Assembly: GCA_003693705.1 (NCBI GenBank) | Contig: RBZT01000348.1 | Span: forward strand, 62,001-126,000 | From: Polymyxa betae A26-41 | Taxonomy: Eukaryota > Protista > Endomyxa: Phytomyxea | Direction: 5' to 3' | DNA: 64,000 nucleotides | Shown here: one piece after another, positions 51,201 to 64,000 of the stretch | Position numbering within the stretch: position 1 is the first letter of the stretch | How the letters are laid out: each line of letters begins with the position of its first letter | Made by a program: the position numbers and the translations under genes | The notes under the pieces: generated by a model | The model's input: only the letters and a program-made list of their open reading frames with translations | What the model was told of the DNA's origin: nothing | The model's database searches: none

Positions 51201-54200
51201 AATCTGCTGGCGAAATCAGCAGCGAGCTATCTTCTTTTCTTGACAAAGACTTGAACCTGGTGGCCAAAATCATACTGCCGCCGCTGGATGAGACGACTGA
51301 TGTGCTATCACTTAGAGCTGCTGCACCGACTGAGGATTTGGAGTTGCGCTCAGATAATGTCGGTTTCGGCCTAGAAATCGATCAAGACGATATCGCTGTT
51401 GTGACTTTCACATCTGGCTCAACAGGGCTGCCGAAAGGAGTTTGTGGCCGTCACGGCCCTCTGACACATTTCTATCCATGGATGAGAGAAAAGTTCCAGT
51501 TCTCTAACAAAGACCATTTCAGGTTAGTGTCACCGTTTGGTCATTATTTTGAACTGATCCATTGCCAGTATGTGCTCTGGGATTGCACACGACCCTTTGC
51601 AACGCGATATTTTCACGCCATTGTTTTTCGGCGCTCGCATCTGCATTCCTAGCGACTCTACGATCAGGGAAGGCCGGTTATCTCAGTGGATGGAACATGC
51701 CAGAATCAATGTCTCATGTTTAACCCCGGCCATGGGGCAGCTTCTCACAGCGTCGTACAATAGTGGTGATACCCCACCTCTTGAATGCTTGCGTTCCGTA
51801 TTCTTTGTTGGTGACTGCTTGATGAAATCGGACGTTATTCGGCTCCGCACAATGGCACCGAACGCTACCCTTGTCAACATGTACGGGTCAACCGAGACGC
51901 AAAGAGCCGTCGGGCATCTTGTTGTACCAGTTGACATCAACCCGATAAAAGACGTCGTTCCTGTTGGGGCTGGCATGTGCGATGTTCAGCTTCTAGTTAT
52001 TAATGAGGCTGGTAAACTAGCGGCCATAGGCGAGCGCGGTGAAATTTACGTTCGTTCGCCGCATCTGGCCAGAGGTTACCTTGGTCTTTCTGAACAAACG
52101 GCGGAGAAGTTCATTTTAAATCAATTCTTGGACAAGCCCGATCCACACGATAGAATGTACTTTGAAGTTGCTTTTGATCGATGCAATCTGGGCGTAATGG
52201 TTTGAATAGGTACCGAACTGGGGATTTAGGACAATATAATTCACGCGGCTGGGTCGAGTGTTGCGGTCGTTCCGACGATCAGGTTGGCTCCATATGATCC
52301 GTGCATCTATATCTTGACTGTTAGCAGGTTAAAATCCGTGGATTCCGTATCGAGCTAGGTGAGATCAACGCTCGATTATCTCGGCACCCTTATGTCAAAG
52401 AATGTGTCACAATTGTCGTAAACGAGGACGGCGGTAAGCACAAGTCTTTTGATGTGAATTCAACTTGATCGATGAATCGGATTTGTTGTGGCTAGATAAG
52501 CTGTTGGTTTCATTTGTTGTGTTGAACATCGAGATTGCATCCCGCGACAAAGACGTCGAAGACATAGTTGCTGTCTTAAAAGTAGACCTACAGAGCTCGC
52601 TGCCGCATTATATGGTCCCAGCAGCAATCCATATCATCAGCTCGATGCCGCTGACGCCGAATGGCAAGATCAATCGCAGCGCTTTGCGGGCGCCGCGTCG
52701 CGAATCGATGCATCAGCCTCCGGCTATATTAAATAATACTCAGGAGAAGATCGTGCAGGTTTGGAACCGTCTCCTGCCCAACGTTGGCGAGGTCAATATC
52801 GATGCGAACTTTTTCGATCTGGGCGGTCACAGCTTGTTGGCAACGCGACTCATAATGGGTATGTAGTAAGGTCTAGTCTGTCATTCTGGCTCAAATTGTA
52901 ATTCAGAGTTGTCGCGATCCTTTCATTTGACGATTCCCTTACAAACATTGTTCACAAACGCCACGATCCGTTCTCTTGCAGAAGCAATCGACTCGCTAGG
53001 CGGGGATCGCAAGTGCGACGACCAGAATAAGATGCCGAATCTTATAGAAGATGTGAACTATAATTGGTGTTCCGATATTGAAATTGCCATTCAGAAACCG
53101 AATGATGAAGTGAAGAACGTTCTCGTAAGGATGTCGCTTTCTGTTGTGCCGATCTTTCAACTTATTATAGTTGACTGGATGCACTGGTTTTGTCGGCTGC
53201 TATTTATTGGTAGAATTACTTCAGTGCCTTCCTACAGCACAAATCCATTGCACAGTTCGTGCCGAATCTGGCGCTGCCGGTATGATCAGGTTTGAAACAG
53301 TTTTACGTATTTCTGCACTTACCGTGTTTACCTCATCATCAGGATCTGTAAAGCCCTTCAAAGTCACCTGCTCTGGCGCGACGAGTTTCAGAATCGCATT
53401 ACTCCTATCATTTCGGATTTCTCAAAACCGAACGCTGGCTGGACCGACGTATTCCGCTTTGACGATACGGTTTTCCATAGTAGCTTATTTTTCTAGGAAA
53501 CTGTCACGGAAATTTGCTCGAAAATTGATATCATCGTCCATAATGCTGCTCATGTTCACTGGCTGCTGCCTTATGATCGGTTGCGGGCCGTTAACGTTTC
53601 CGCTACCGAATTTTTCCTAAAGATCGCTGCCAACCTTAAGTTGAAACCATTCCATTTCATAAGGTGTGAATGTTGACTTCACTGTCACGTCTGTGCTCAA
53701 ATGTTATTGCAGCACAACTTCTGTTTTGGAATCTGCCCAAAACAAAGATTCGTCCAAGAAAATGTTACTCTTGGAGTCTGCACTGAATGACAATTTTCGA
53801 GGTACTTACAATTCAGAATTGTGTTTGTCGATTTTTACATGGTCATCCATTGAACTGGAACGATTGCTCAGGTTTGAGCAGTGGCTATGCCCAATCAAAA
53901 TGGGTTGCCGAAAAACTCGTGAGCGAAGCCAGTTCTAAAGGAATCACAGGTAGCTCAGTTTGTAAGGACTCGATAATGCTTCTCATGCTATGCTTCAGCC
54001 AACATCTATCGGCTGGGTTATGTAACTGGCGATTCCCGTACCGGTATCAGCAATACCGATGATTTTTTGGTTAGGTTAATGCAAGGTATTGTAGTTCTAT
54101 ACGACAATCTCTGTGTAACCATTCTTCGTAGGCTGCATTGAACTGGGGTCCTGTCCTTTTATGGAGTTTGTTGACGGTAGGAGTATCGATCATCCTTATT

Positions 54201-54831
54201 AGGCGGTTTATCAATTACAGTTTTTAGGTGATCGCGGATTCACAATCGACATGAGCCCGGCAGACTATGTAGCAAAAACCGTCGTTGAAATCGTTACCCA
54301 CAAAAAGTCTGCCGGGCGGGTTTTCCATGTCACAAGCCCGAACCCTTTGCCTTTCTTGTCTTTTTTCCAGCAGATCAAAGATTACGGTCCCGACGATGAT
54401 ACAGTTTATGCTGTTCTTATTGCTGATAACTTTCTCAGGTTACGAATTGGTGAATCTGCCGTATGCAACATGGCGACAAAAACTTTTGGAATCTGTCGCA
54501 CGAAATGAACCCAATGCTCTAACACCGATCGTCTCGTATTTAACCGAGAACTGGACCGACGATCTTGCTAAAGGACTTCAGCTTGATCGTTCGAATGTCT
54601 TGGAACTTTCGAGCACCAAATTTCCCTGTTTAGACAGAATCGGTCAGAATATCGCTCCATGTTGCGATCCAATGCTGATACCCTAACCACACAGTTCATA
54701 TATATCTGTCTTATCTCGTCCGATGTGGTGCTATTCCTGCTCCCAGAGATGCCCCAGATGATCATCTTCAAATTGATTGGAGCGCTATTACCGCCCAGGT
54801 ACATCGTGTCACGCGAACACAGCGAAGCTGA
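48240..54831 (+). CDS. Fusion of saccharopine dehydrogenase (LYS1-like) with L-alpha-aminoadipate reductase (LYS2-like: C-like, A, T, R domains), multi-exon
   Basis: LYS1-like: [78 protein letters not shown]. The same exon continues into C-like [21 protein letters not shown]2-type A domain [66 protein letters not shown] domain [12 protein letters not shown] domain [39 protein letters not shown]. Confidence 0.88.
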
Positions 54832-54973
54832 TTTTTAAGACAATCTATCAATAACCATTGTCCAAGCTTGTGTAAAGTTTATCTAATAGATAATGATTCA
54901 CTCCAAATCGAACGCTGACCGCATTACTCGCAGTGCTCAATCGTACTTCTCCTAGATGAGTGCCGATGTTGGC

Positions 54974-57900
54974 TTAGAAACGCAGCATGGATGGAGCGCG
55001 ATTAGCCATTGATTGGAGAGAACGATGCGGCCATTTGCATTGACAGTTTTACGAAGCTATCCGATCTTTTGGCGATTTGAGTTGGTTTCTTATGATTGGC
55101 TATACTGATCAGGATTTTAGAAGCCTAAGCTCACAGTAAATTGTGGAACAAATCAAGTTAAAACATTGATGACACCTGTCGCTTTATATCAGCGGTTACA
55201 CCAAATTTCGACAATGCTAGAACTGTGTCGACCACATCGTCGTCATTCTCCAGAGCAGCTTGCACATGAACTGAGCACAACATGAAATGTGGAAACTGCT
55301 GCAGGTGATCTGCAATACCATTGTCAAGCAATGAAAGGAAGGCATTGAGGGCCAGGCGACGGCATTCCAAATCGGGATGCAATCTGGTCGCCAGGATGAT
55401 TGGCATCATTCCGGCTTCAATCAAGTCAATATGAACGTTTTCATTCGCTGTAAGTTTCGCCAGCGACCGGCATCCTTTCTTCTTCAGCGCCAGATCCTGA
55501 ACAAACCGCAGTTTGTCAGTATTGATACCGAAAATTCAATATCACGCTAAGATCAGACTGCAAATGAAGATAATAAGAAAAAGAAAACAGAGATCGCAAT
55601 GAATTCAGGGACTGTAGATAGGGTTCCAGACCTTGCTGATGATGAAATCCTTCAAGAGGCGCACTCCACCTGAAGCTTTCACAAACGCCACCTGCGCATC
55701 ACGATACTCGGCCAGGCTGAGCAGCAACGCCAGCGACACGCGTCGGATGCGAACATCCATCGTTCTCTCATAGATGTAACCAAGTGGTTCAATCGCACCG
55801 CAAGCGGCCGAGAATCTACCATCGCAATCAGGCAGCAGACATATCATCTACACGGTAGTACCGCTTGCAATCGTCATTAACCAGCAAACAGTTCAATGCG
55901 AATACAGATAGTTCCACGATTGTTTCATCGACATTTGATCCACCGGGTCGATGTATGTCACTAAAATTGATCAGCTGGCTAGAACCGATCAACGACGCCC
56001 ATCGGTACCGAATTGGATGCACCATCGCCTTGACCAGAATTTCGAGCCGTTCCGGGCTTAACGCGTAATTCTCGAAATAATGAGCAATGTCGGAAAGAGC
56101 ATGCAGAATCAGCTGCTGTGCCTACATATCAAGAGCATTACCGAGCTGCCGGACCAACTCAAAATCAATTACGTTGGCATCGGTTTGGACCGATCTGTGC
56201 TTTGAAAGTGTCTCGAGACTCTCAAATCCGGCGCAGTTCACAAACTCGACGTGGTTAATCGTGTTCCGGGCCACATTCCTCAGTATATGAATACAATCGA
56301 TCGGGTCACCGATCTGAGAATCAAACAAGAATCAGGGGCCAGTTCGCCAACCGCTGGGTCGTACCGTCCCGGCCAGAATCAGGTCGGTGATTAGCCGCAG
56401 ACCGCGACGCTCGACAATGGCATTGGCGTATTCTGGATTGTGCGAGATGGCCGCCAGCAAGTATAACGACTGGATCCGAAGCTTCTCTTTCGGGCTGCGG
56501 AGCAGGGTCAGTACGGCGCCGAACCCTTCGCTGGAGCACTCCAGCAGCATGTCCATGGTCTCGCGCGAATCCAGGAACATACCCAGCGTCTCTGATCCGA
56601 GCATCGCTGCAATACACATATTCAGCTACTGTCCGACCGTACCGCCCCTTCCATGACCAGCCCACCTGTTCGCTCATCGGGGCAGGTTGAGATATGTGCC
56701 AGAGCAGGAATCAGATTATCAGATTTGCCACGAAGAGCCACCGAACTGAACAACACAGAGATAACCATGTTAGAAACATTATTAAAACGAACATTAGATT
56801 TGGGACGACGCCGACGTACTGACCCTTCGTATTTGACGAACGAATGAACGATCTCGGCGACACATGTGAAGATTGGGACGTCTTCGCTGAAGCAGAGATC
56901 GATCAAGGTCCGGACATATTCATCTTTGGCGAGGTATCGGGTTCCCTGAGCCAGCTCATCAGATGGCCAGCACAAACCACACCCGTTGTTGGTTGATGAA
57001 TTATACCTGCCCAGTCCGTACGACGTTTACGAGCGCTAACAGACAGAGCCATTTGGTCGAGCGATCTTTCGACTGAATATAGACCAGCAACAATGATACG
57101 AAATTCTCCTTCTCCATCAGATCCGCTAAACACAACCTTAGATGATGGACATGACAGAAACACAACTTGGTAAAGAACTGTCAAATTGCTCTTTGAGAAT
57201 GTAGTTGCGTACCGATGCTTTCTGCTTTCAAGATGATATTGATAAGTGAGATGAAGGTAAGTTTCTGTGTGAGACCATCTGGTGATCTCAACATAGCCGG
57301 CAAACATCGTGATTCGAAGAAAGGACGATCATACGCGTACACCTTGAACTCAGGATGACATGATAATCGACATAGAGCCAGAGCAGTGAACCGCTCCGTC
57401 AGCATCGCCTGGATCGACAATCAGAACCCCGAAAACCCTAAACCCTCAACCCTCGACCTGATCTCCAGCCCCGTATTTCAGCAGAGCCTGCATGATATCG
57501 GCGATATTCGTCAAACTGAAATATCGGGCTTGTTTCACCATGGTCGAAGTCAATGAGAACACCAGATTAGCCAGGGCCTGCGCTCCCATCGCCTACACAC
57601 GATCAGCCGCACAACTCCGAGGGAGCCGTACGTGCCCACCTGGCTCATGGCATTGGCCAGGGAACAGTTGATGAAATCTGTGAGAATTTCGAAGAAGTTG
57701 GTCTCGATGAGGCCTGAAGGAGTTCACCGATGTTAGAAGCAGGTAACCCTAAAACCCTAACCGAGATGGCATCGGACGTTGAGGACCAGGTTGGACAGGG
57801 CCGAGACGGCGTTGGCTTCGGCGACGGCATCACGATCCCGGCTGAGCAAAGCCGTGACGATGGGATCATCGGCGATCACTTCCTGACCCAGATCGAGCTC

Positions 57901-60900
57901 ATCATTCCTGAGACAGAATCCGTCAGTTTAGAGCTTCAATACAGCTGAACAAGATCACGTTTGTGATGGATCATTCTCGTTATCACTATCTTGATCACCC
58001 TCCTGAGCCCATCGTAAGCACGATGTCAATATTCAAAACTTGTTGATTTCACCTTCCGTTTCGCGATTTGATTTCGGTTGAGACGATCAGCTTGCGTCTT
58101 CGAGATCGTCCTCTATGCACAAGCAACCAATGAACAATCCATTTTCTGTACAGAAGAAGAGATGTCGCGTTCGTGAAACCAACACTCGATAAAATTGCTT
58201 TCAAATCGAGAAAATGGCCAACTCAAATAAAGGCGTAAACCTGGGCGGCTCTGAGGCTATGCAACAGGACACGTAATACATCAGGCCGACATAACAGCTC
58301 ATGATACGCCTGGTAATATGTGAGCTGGGCCAGGATGCCCAACGCCATGAACCGCGCTTTCATCCCGAAATCGGTGTCAACATTGGAATTGGCGACCTCA
58401 ACCAGGGTCGTCACATATTCGGCTTTCAATACGAACCTGTACGACGGTCATCAACTCGGCATCAACAAGACAGAAGCGGCACCGTACCGGCTCACGTTGA
58501 ACGACGCTTCACTGATCATATTGTTCACGGATTTCAGCGACGCCCAGCGCAGAGCGACATTATCGAATTTGGCGAACTGGAAGAGGGCGTCGAATCCGGT
58601 CAGATTACGACCTTTCAAGAAGGGATAATTGGCAGCATTGGATGAGATCACGTTCAGCGCCATCGCCAACATACGCGGCACGGTGGCGTCGCCGCTAGCA
58701 CCGAGCTTGGCCAACAGATCCATGGCGTCATCACGCAGGACGTAGATCAGAGCCGGACCGGATTTGGACGGCGCTGCCATACCTGTGGACATCCTGAGTC
58801 CAGGGATGCACGAAACCCTAAACCCTAATCAGACCCATGAAGGCGAGTGACGCGATCAGCGGGTTGTTGGATGTTAGAAATCGGACGAAGAGCGGCACCA
58901 TCCCGGATGATTCCAGATTGAAGGGTTGTAGAGCTTTCTGATCGCTGTAACCTTGTGAGGCCGACCAGGATCCGATCATGGCCTGATACAAGATCACGTT
59001 GGTTTTCAAGAATACAATCGAGATCAATAAATCAGCATTGAAAGAAGCAGAATCTGGACGATGATTGAAAACTTGGAAGGAATCAAGAATCAGAAAACTT
59101 CAGAAAACAGACCGAATATTGGGACAGATTGCCGAGTACGACGGCAACTTGCAGGGCGATGCGGGCGTCCTCTGGATCATGATCGGCCAGATACAACAGC
59201 GTCTTCAGCGATCGTTCATGAATCAATTCCTCGAAGAACGACCTAAACAGGTTCAGGGCGGTTTCACGTTCTCAGAGACCAACGACGGACGCACCTGTAC
59301 GACGACAGGATTGCCATGGTCCAGGCGCTGAATGCCCGAATCGGGTACGCCTTATGCCGGGCGCTCTTGTAGACGAGTTTCAGACCGCCCCGAGCCCGGA
59401 ATCGTTTCGCCCAATCCTCATTGAAACTCAGCCGAATTACACAACCCAGCGCGTGACGATGTACGGCCGCCTGTTGTCGTTCAATCTTGCGGAATCGCGA
59501 ATAATAAGTTTGAAACTATTAACCGCGGTAAAAATTGGAATGAGCGGTTTGAACAACAGAAAAACAAGAGAAAAAAGGAACGACTTTATCAGAGACGAGA
59601 AGTTTCATGAGAGCATCAATGATATGAGGATCTTGTAAGGCCATCTGTCTGCCACGTTCATGATCGAGAAGATCCTCGAGTGAGGTGATGGCCAGCTCAT
59701 GGACACCTATACTACCAGTCCGGGATTCGCACAGGAACAACAGGGCTGGATTGTAACAGAAATCAGTCGATTGGGCCGGTACCACACACGCACGTTACCT
59801 TCGATGGTGCCCAGATCGACCATCATCCCGACCACATCCTTCATCGAACACAGTTTCCGGATCATGACCGCCGAATGGAATTCGCAATTGGATTCGTCGC
59901 TGCACTCACCGGTGAGCCCAAAACACCACGCTACCACGGGTCATACTGGTCCCCATCAGTCGCTTACTTTTCGCCCTGGGCGCGGCTCCGGGCGCATTGA
60001 ACCAGACCCCGGATTCCGTGCTCATTAACGAGGATGGGTTCGGCGCCCTCCATGGTCGATAGCAGCGCCAGAACGCGAATGATCTGGGCCGAGACCTGTT
60101 GGGCGTGGATCAGTACGACCCCGGGATGCAGGGACGGGGACGGGTGGACATGCTGGACCTTGGGGGATCCCTGGGCGACCACGTCCCAGAGCGTCCGTGA
60201 GATGTGCCCGAGATCCTGACGTAGTAAGGAGGCGATGGCCGCTGCTGAGCCCATGGCGATGTTCAAAGTTCGAGCCGCTGGTAGCTGTGTGTGCTCTGTT
60301 GTAACATGATTAGCCGTTACGTTCACGTTTCAAGTTCGCCGACCTTGATTGCTTTTGAGCAGGAAGAGGAGCCCTCCGACCAGATCCTGCTCGATCAATG
60401 TCTCCAAGATACAATCATGTTGTGCGAGATTTAAGAAGGCAGCTGCTACAGATCGCTACGTAACATAAGATGTCATCTGTAACACTGAACAGGCCGAAAC
60501 CCTAACCTGGACAGAGGTATGTGGTGAGCTGCACTCACGTGACATCTGCGGAATCAACAGGCCGCTCTCCACGATACGTTTAGCGTTACGCTCCGTGATA
60601 GCCAGGCCCGACACTGTCGCTATAGCATGACCTTGCGTCTCTTCATCGTCACATCTGCGACAACACGCTCGACAATGTCACGGACAGGGCAATTTTCGCC
60701 GCCATACCCGACCAGGATGGATAATCGGCCCATCTCGACGTGCGTGGCGATAAACTCGTGATTATCCAGGTTACCGGCCAGATTGGCCAACATCAGTGCC
60801 AGGCAGTAACGTATCTCAGGATCGTTACGCATGGCCAACTCGAAGATACGTTTCACGACATCGCCGCAGTTGCGCAGGATATAGAAATGGTATCGGGGCA

Positions 60901-63900
60901 CCTGAACAGACACGTCTGATCAGCGACTGGCGTAACGAAACCAGCACAGCCACGTTACCGATGTATAGTTGCAGATAGCGATGATGGCGTACTTGGAGAT
61001 GCGCGAGTCGACACGTTTCGAGAGCGCAGTCTTTGACAGTCGTTGTAGAAGATCATCGGATGGATTGTCCAGACGATGAATGTCGCTATTATTGGGACCT
61101 AGAGGACATGCCTATACTGGGATATCTGCATATGCAACCCTTAAACCCTAGCCCACGTACTTCATGATGTAGATTGGACAAGGCCCAGATACAGGCCAGT
61201 TGGACATCGACATCCGCCGATTCGATGAGCTGCGCGAAAATGTCGTCTTCGCTGGCCCGTGCGATCTTCAGCTGAACATCCTTGAACGATAAAATATGCC
61301 CGATCGCCCACGACACTGCAACGATACTGGGTTTTTAGGGTACAGCGACCAACGCGTGTCGTACCGGAATGGCGAATTTCCCGATCGGAATCGTTCAGGC
61401 ATTTCAGAAGCGGGAACACCCCATCTTGGACGATGAACTGACGGAATTGCGGAAAGTACGCGATGTTCGCGAACGTACGCGCCACCAAACGACGAACCTG
61501 CCAACAATATTAAAGAAATCTCCCAAAAATCAATGTAAATTGATCAAACCAAACGTAAGAAATCATCAAGACCACATTGTCAAATTTCAGCGTAAAAAAG
61601 GCGAAGTTTCTAGCAGACCTGAACGTCAGAATGGTCGAGCATCTGTACGAGAGCCTGAACGCCGCGTTCTTCCCCGAAACTCTTTACACAGATATCGTAC
61701 ACGGTCAGCTGGGTCAGAAGCTGAGCCCTATCGACCAATTGAGAACCCTAAAACCCTAGACCCGTCAAAACGCCCGACATCTGTCGCGTACAGGCCACCT
61801 CCCGCTTGCGCCATTCGGCACCCTCTTGCAGCAGGAACTGGGTGATACCTGCCTGCAGCATGAACCGAACATTCTTCTCGTGCAGCGCCAATGTCGACAG
61901 TGCACTAGCACGAGAGTCAGCACGACCCCCCAATACGACACCCAAGCGGTACCTTAAGGCTTGAACTTTCGCGGTCGGGTCCATACATCTGGCCACAGCA
62001 ATGAAGGCCTCCATCACCGATTGTACAGCGAACATGGAATGCATGTACATGGTCGATACAATATTGATCATGAACAGCGACGTATGCTATTATAGCGCAT
62101 TGAGCAAATGAACGGAGGGGACGGTACGGCCGCGAGAGACCTGAAGCAGCTCGACATCACCGGTCTCGATAAAGGCGGGCAGACCACGGAACACGAACGG
62201 GCCAGCATCGGTGAAATGTTCCTGATTGATCAGATGGAAGCTCATATTGGCCAACACGTACATACAGCACCGACGTTCCTCTATGGGTTTGGCATCAATA
62301 AACCCAATCGCACGCCAAAATTCGATCATGGCAAATGATTGGAAAACAAAACAATGAGAACAGTATGTCCAAAACACAGAGAAAGATCGATAAACTGACC
62401 GAGATCTCCCTGTGAGCTCTCACATAATGTCAGGAACGATTTGACAATGTTCACATCCATGAGATCAACAGGTGTATGTTCATGACTAGCGAACGATCCT
62501 GCAGCCCAGATCAGATAGACGACCATGACGCCAACGGGGCCAGTACCGACCCAGGGCGTTGAACGCGTATTTGCGGAAGGCGGCGTGCGGCGACCGGACG
62601 AACGGGGCGATCACCTGAATGACACGCGTCCGTTTCAGTTCTTCGAGGATTTCGGGGACGCCGGCGCATAGACGTGATAGAATGTGAACGCCCAGTGATT
62701 GCAGCGACATCGAGCCTGGAGCAGTCTCAGAACCGACGCCAGCGACAACGATTGACGATGGCGAACCTTTCCGAACGAATTTGACGACGAAGTCGAGAAG
62801 TTTGGTCCCGATCATGGTACGTTGTACTTCTTCGCTGTCGCAGATGTTCAACAAGAACCGCAGCGCTTCTTGTTGGACTTCGGACGACTCCTAAACCGGT
62901 TATAAATCATCGGATGGATTTCCCGAATATGGCGCGACCTGTCCCATGAAATGCTCGATCAAGGGTAGGTTTCGATACCACTTGTACGACGCCCGAACCT
63001 ATCAATGTCCATCATTACAGTATCATTAGAAACGCACCAAACAAGAAATCGTGACAATCGAAAACGGGCAATGACGCAGCGATACCTTGGGCGCCTTCGT
63101 AACATTACTGAGGACTTCAGCGACGGCTAACTGAAATGGTGGATCAGGCCATCGCTGAGCGATCTCCAGGATCTGTTTAACGGAAACGGCGGCGAACGTC
63201 TCCCGCGCCACATTATCACGCAGCATGGTCACGATGAACGATAGCGCCGACATGGCCGTCTCCATGGAATCCGTCCCGAGGATGTTCTGGACAGCCTGAC
63301 AAAACCCTAAACCCTAACAACACCCCCTGTTGAAACTCGCGGACCTGAAACGATGCCCTCGAGCTCAGGAACTCATGCAATGCCTCATTGGCGGCCAGAT
63401 TTGATAGCAGCATGGCGAAATAACGCTGAACTTCGCTGTCTTTACTGCTCGCTAATTCGAAGAAGACAGTCAGTTGCATCTGTAGCTCATCCATAATGAG
63501 TCCATGCGAGGCGATATTCGCCGCCAAGTTCGATAGAGAGAGCAGCGCATATCGAGTTAATTCATTATCTTGTTCCATGGAAGTAACCTGAGCGGGTTGT
63601 TAGTTGAATAGGACACGACGCGGAGGGGTTGGTCGTACCAGAAGCGAGAGCGGTTGTAGGATCTGCTTGACGCAGATGTACCGATGATATTCGACATTCT
63701 CGGATATGATCGCGCACATGATACAGCTGAAGAACAGCGACGCGCTATCGTTATCTTTAAGAGCGGCCGTGATCACATCTAGACATCCTGTGGACCAATC
63801 CCATCAATAAATCAATACGGAGCTCTATCGGATACCACAACCTGCATGGATCATATCGCCCTGATAGGCCCGATTCGACGACAGATTCGCCAGAGCCCTC

Positions 63901-64000
63901 GTAGCGCCCTGACGCACACGCGCATCCCTCGACATCGCCAAATGCACCAAGTTATCGATTCCTGTACGACGATTTAATCGTCACCTGGGCAAGCACGTCG
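54974..64000 (-). CDS. Very large armadillo-repeat protein (Vac8-like repeats), 5' end outside window
   Basis: Dozens of short exons with ARM-type helices (EVQRYFAMLLSNLAANEALHEFL, VQLACIWALSNL, EIRYCLALMLANLAGN, ERFTALALCRLSCHPEF) separated by short GT-AG introns. Probable stop at 54974. Confidence 0.8.
57432..63317. repeat. Short interstitial telomere-like repeats (TTTAGGG/TTTTAGGG) within ARM-gene introns
   Basis: AAACCCTA-type tracts at about 57432-57453, 57744-57762, 58813-58828, 60497-60507, 61136-61154, 61744-61759 and 63301-63317; opposite orientation at 61329-61341. Confidence 0.8.

Noticed and set aside
48240-54831. Canonical peptide-forming NRPS cluster
   Set aside because: Single module, C-like domain lacks the catalytic His, A domain has Lys2-specific motifs, and no tailoring or transporter genes lie nearby.
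57432-63317. True chromosome end or CRISPR-like array
   Set aside because: Tracts are only one to four degenerate units inside introns at irregular spacing; no long array, no repeat-spacer structure, no cas genes.

Overview
Gene-dense eukaryotic DNA with many very short (about 40-60 nt) GT-AG introns, so the ORF track is fragmented into exons. A phytomyxean (plasmodiophorid) protist such as Spongospora, Polymyxa or Plasmodiophora is a plausible source; this is inferred from intron size, secreted CE4 chitin-deacetylase-like genes, a TTLL11-like gene and TTT(T)AGGG repeats. Genes in order: a truncated mitochondrial-type helical protein (-), TTLL11-like tubulin glutamylase (-), alkyl-DHAP synthase (+), EFR3 (-), SLP1/SUCO SUN protein (-), a coiled-coil protein (+), two CE4 deacetylase paralogues flanking a secreted-protein gene whose intron holds a decayed Crypton tyrosine-recombinase transposon, ATM/TEL1 (+), a PHD protein (+), COG1 (-), PET127 (-), NOC4 (-), GST (-), a saccharopine dehydrogenase (LYS1-like) domain fused to a complete alpha-aminoadipate reductase (LYS2-like) module (+), and a large armadillo-repeat gene (-) running off the window. 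Highlights: the LYS1-LYS2 fusion with a remodelled LYS1 active site, the Crypton insertion whose empty site can be rebuilt as a 41-nt intron, and telomere-like repeats in eight introns of the ARM gene. All calls come from reading motifs by eye; many exon boundaries are approximate.
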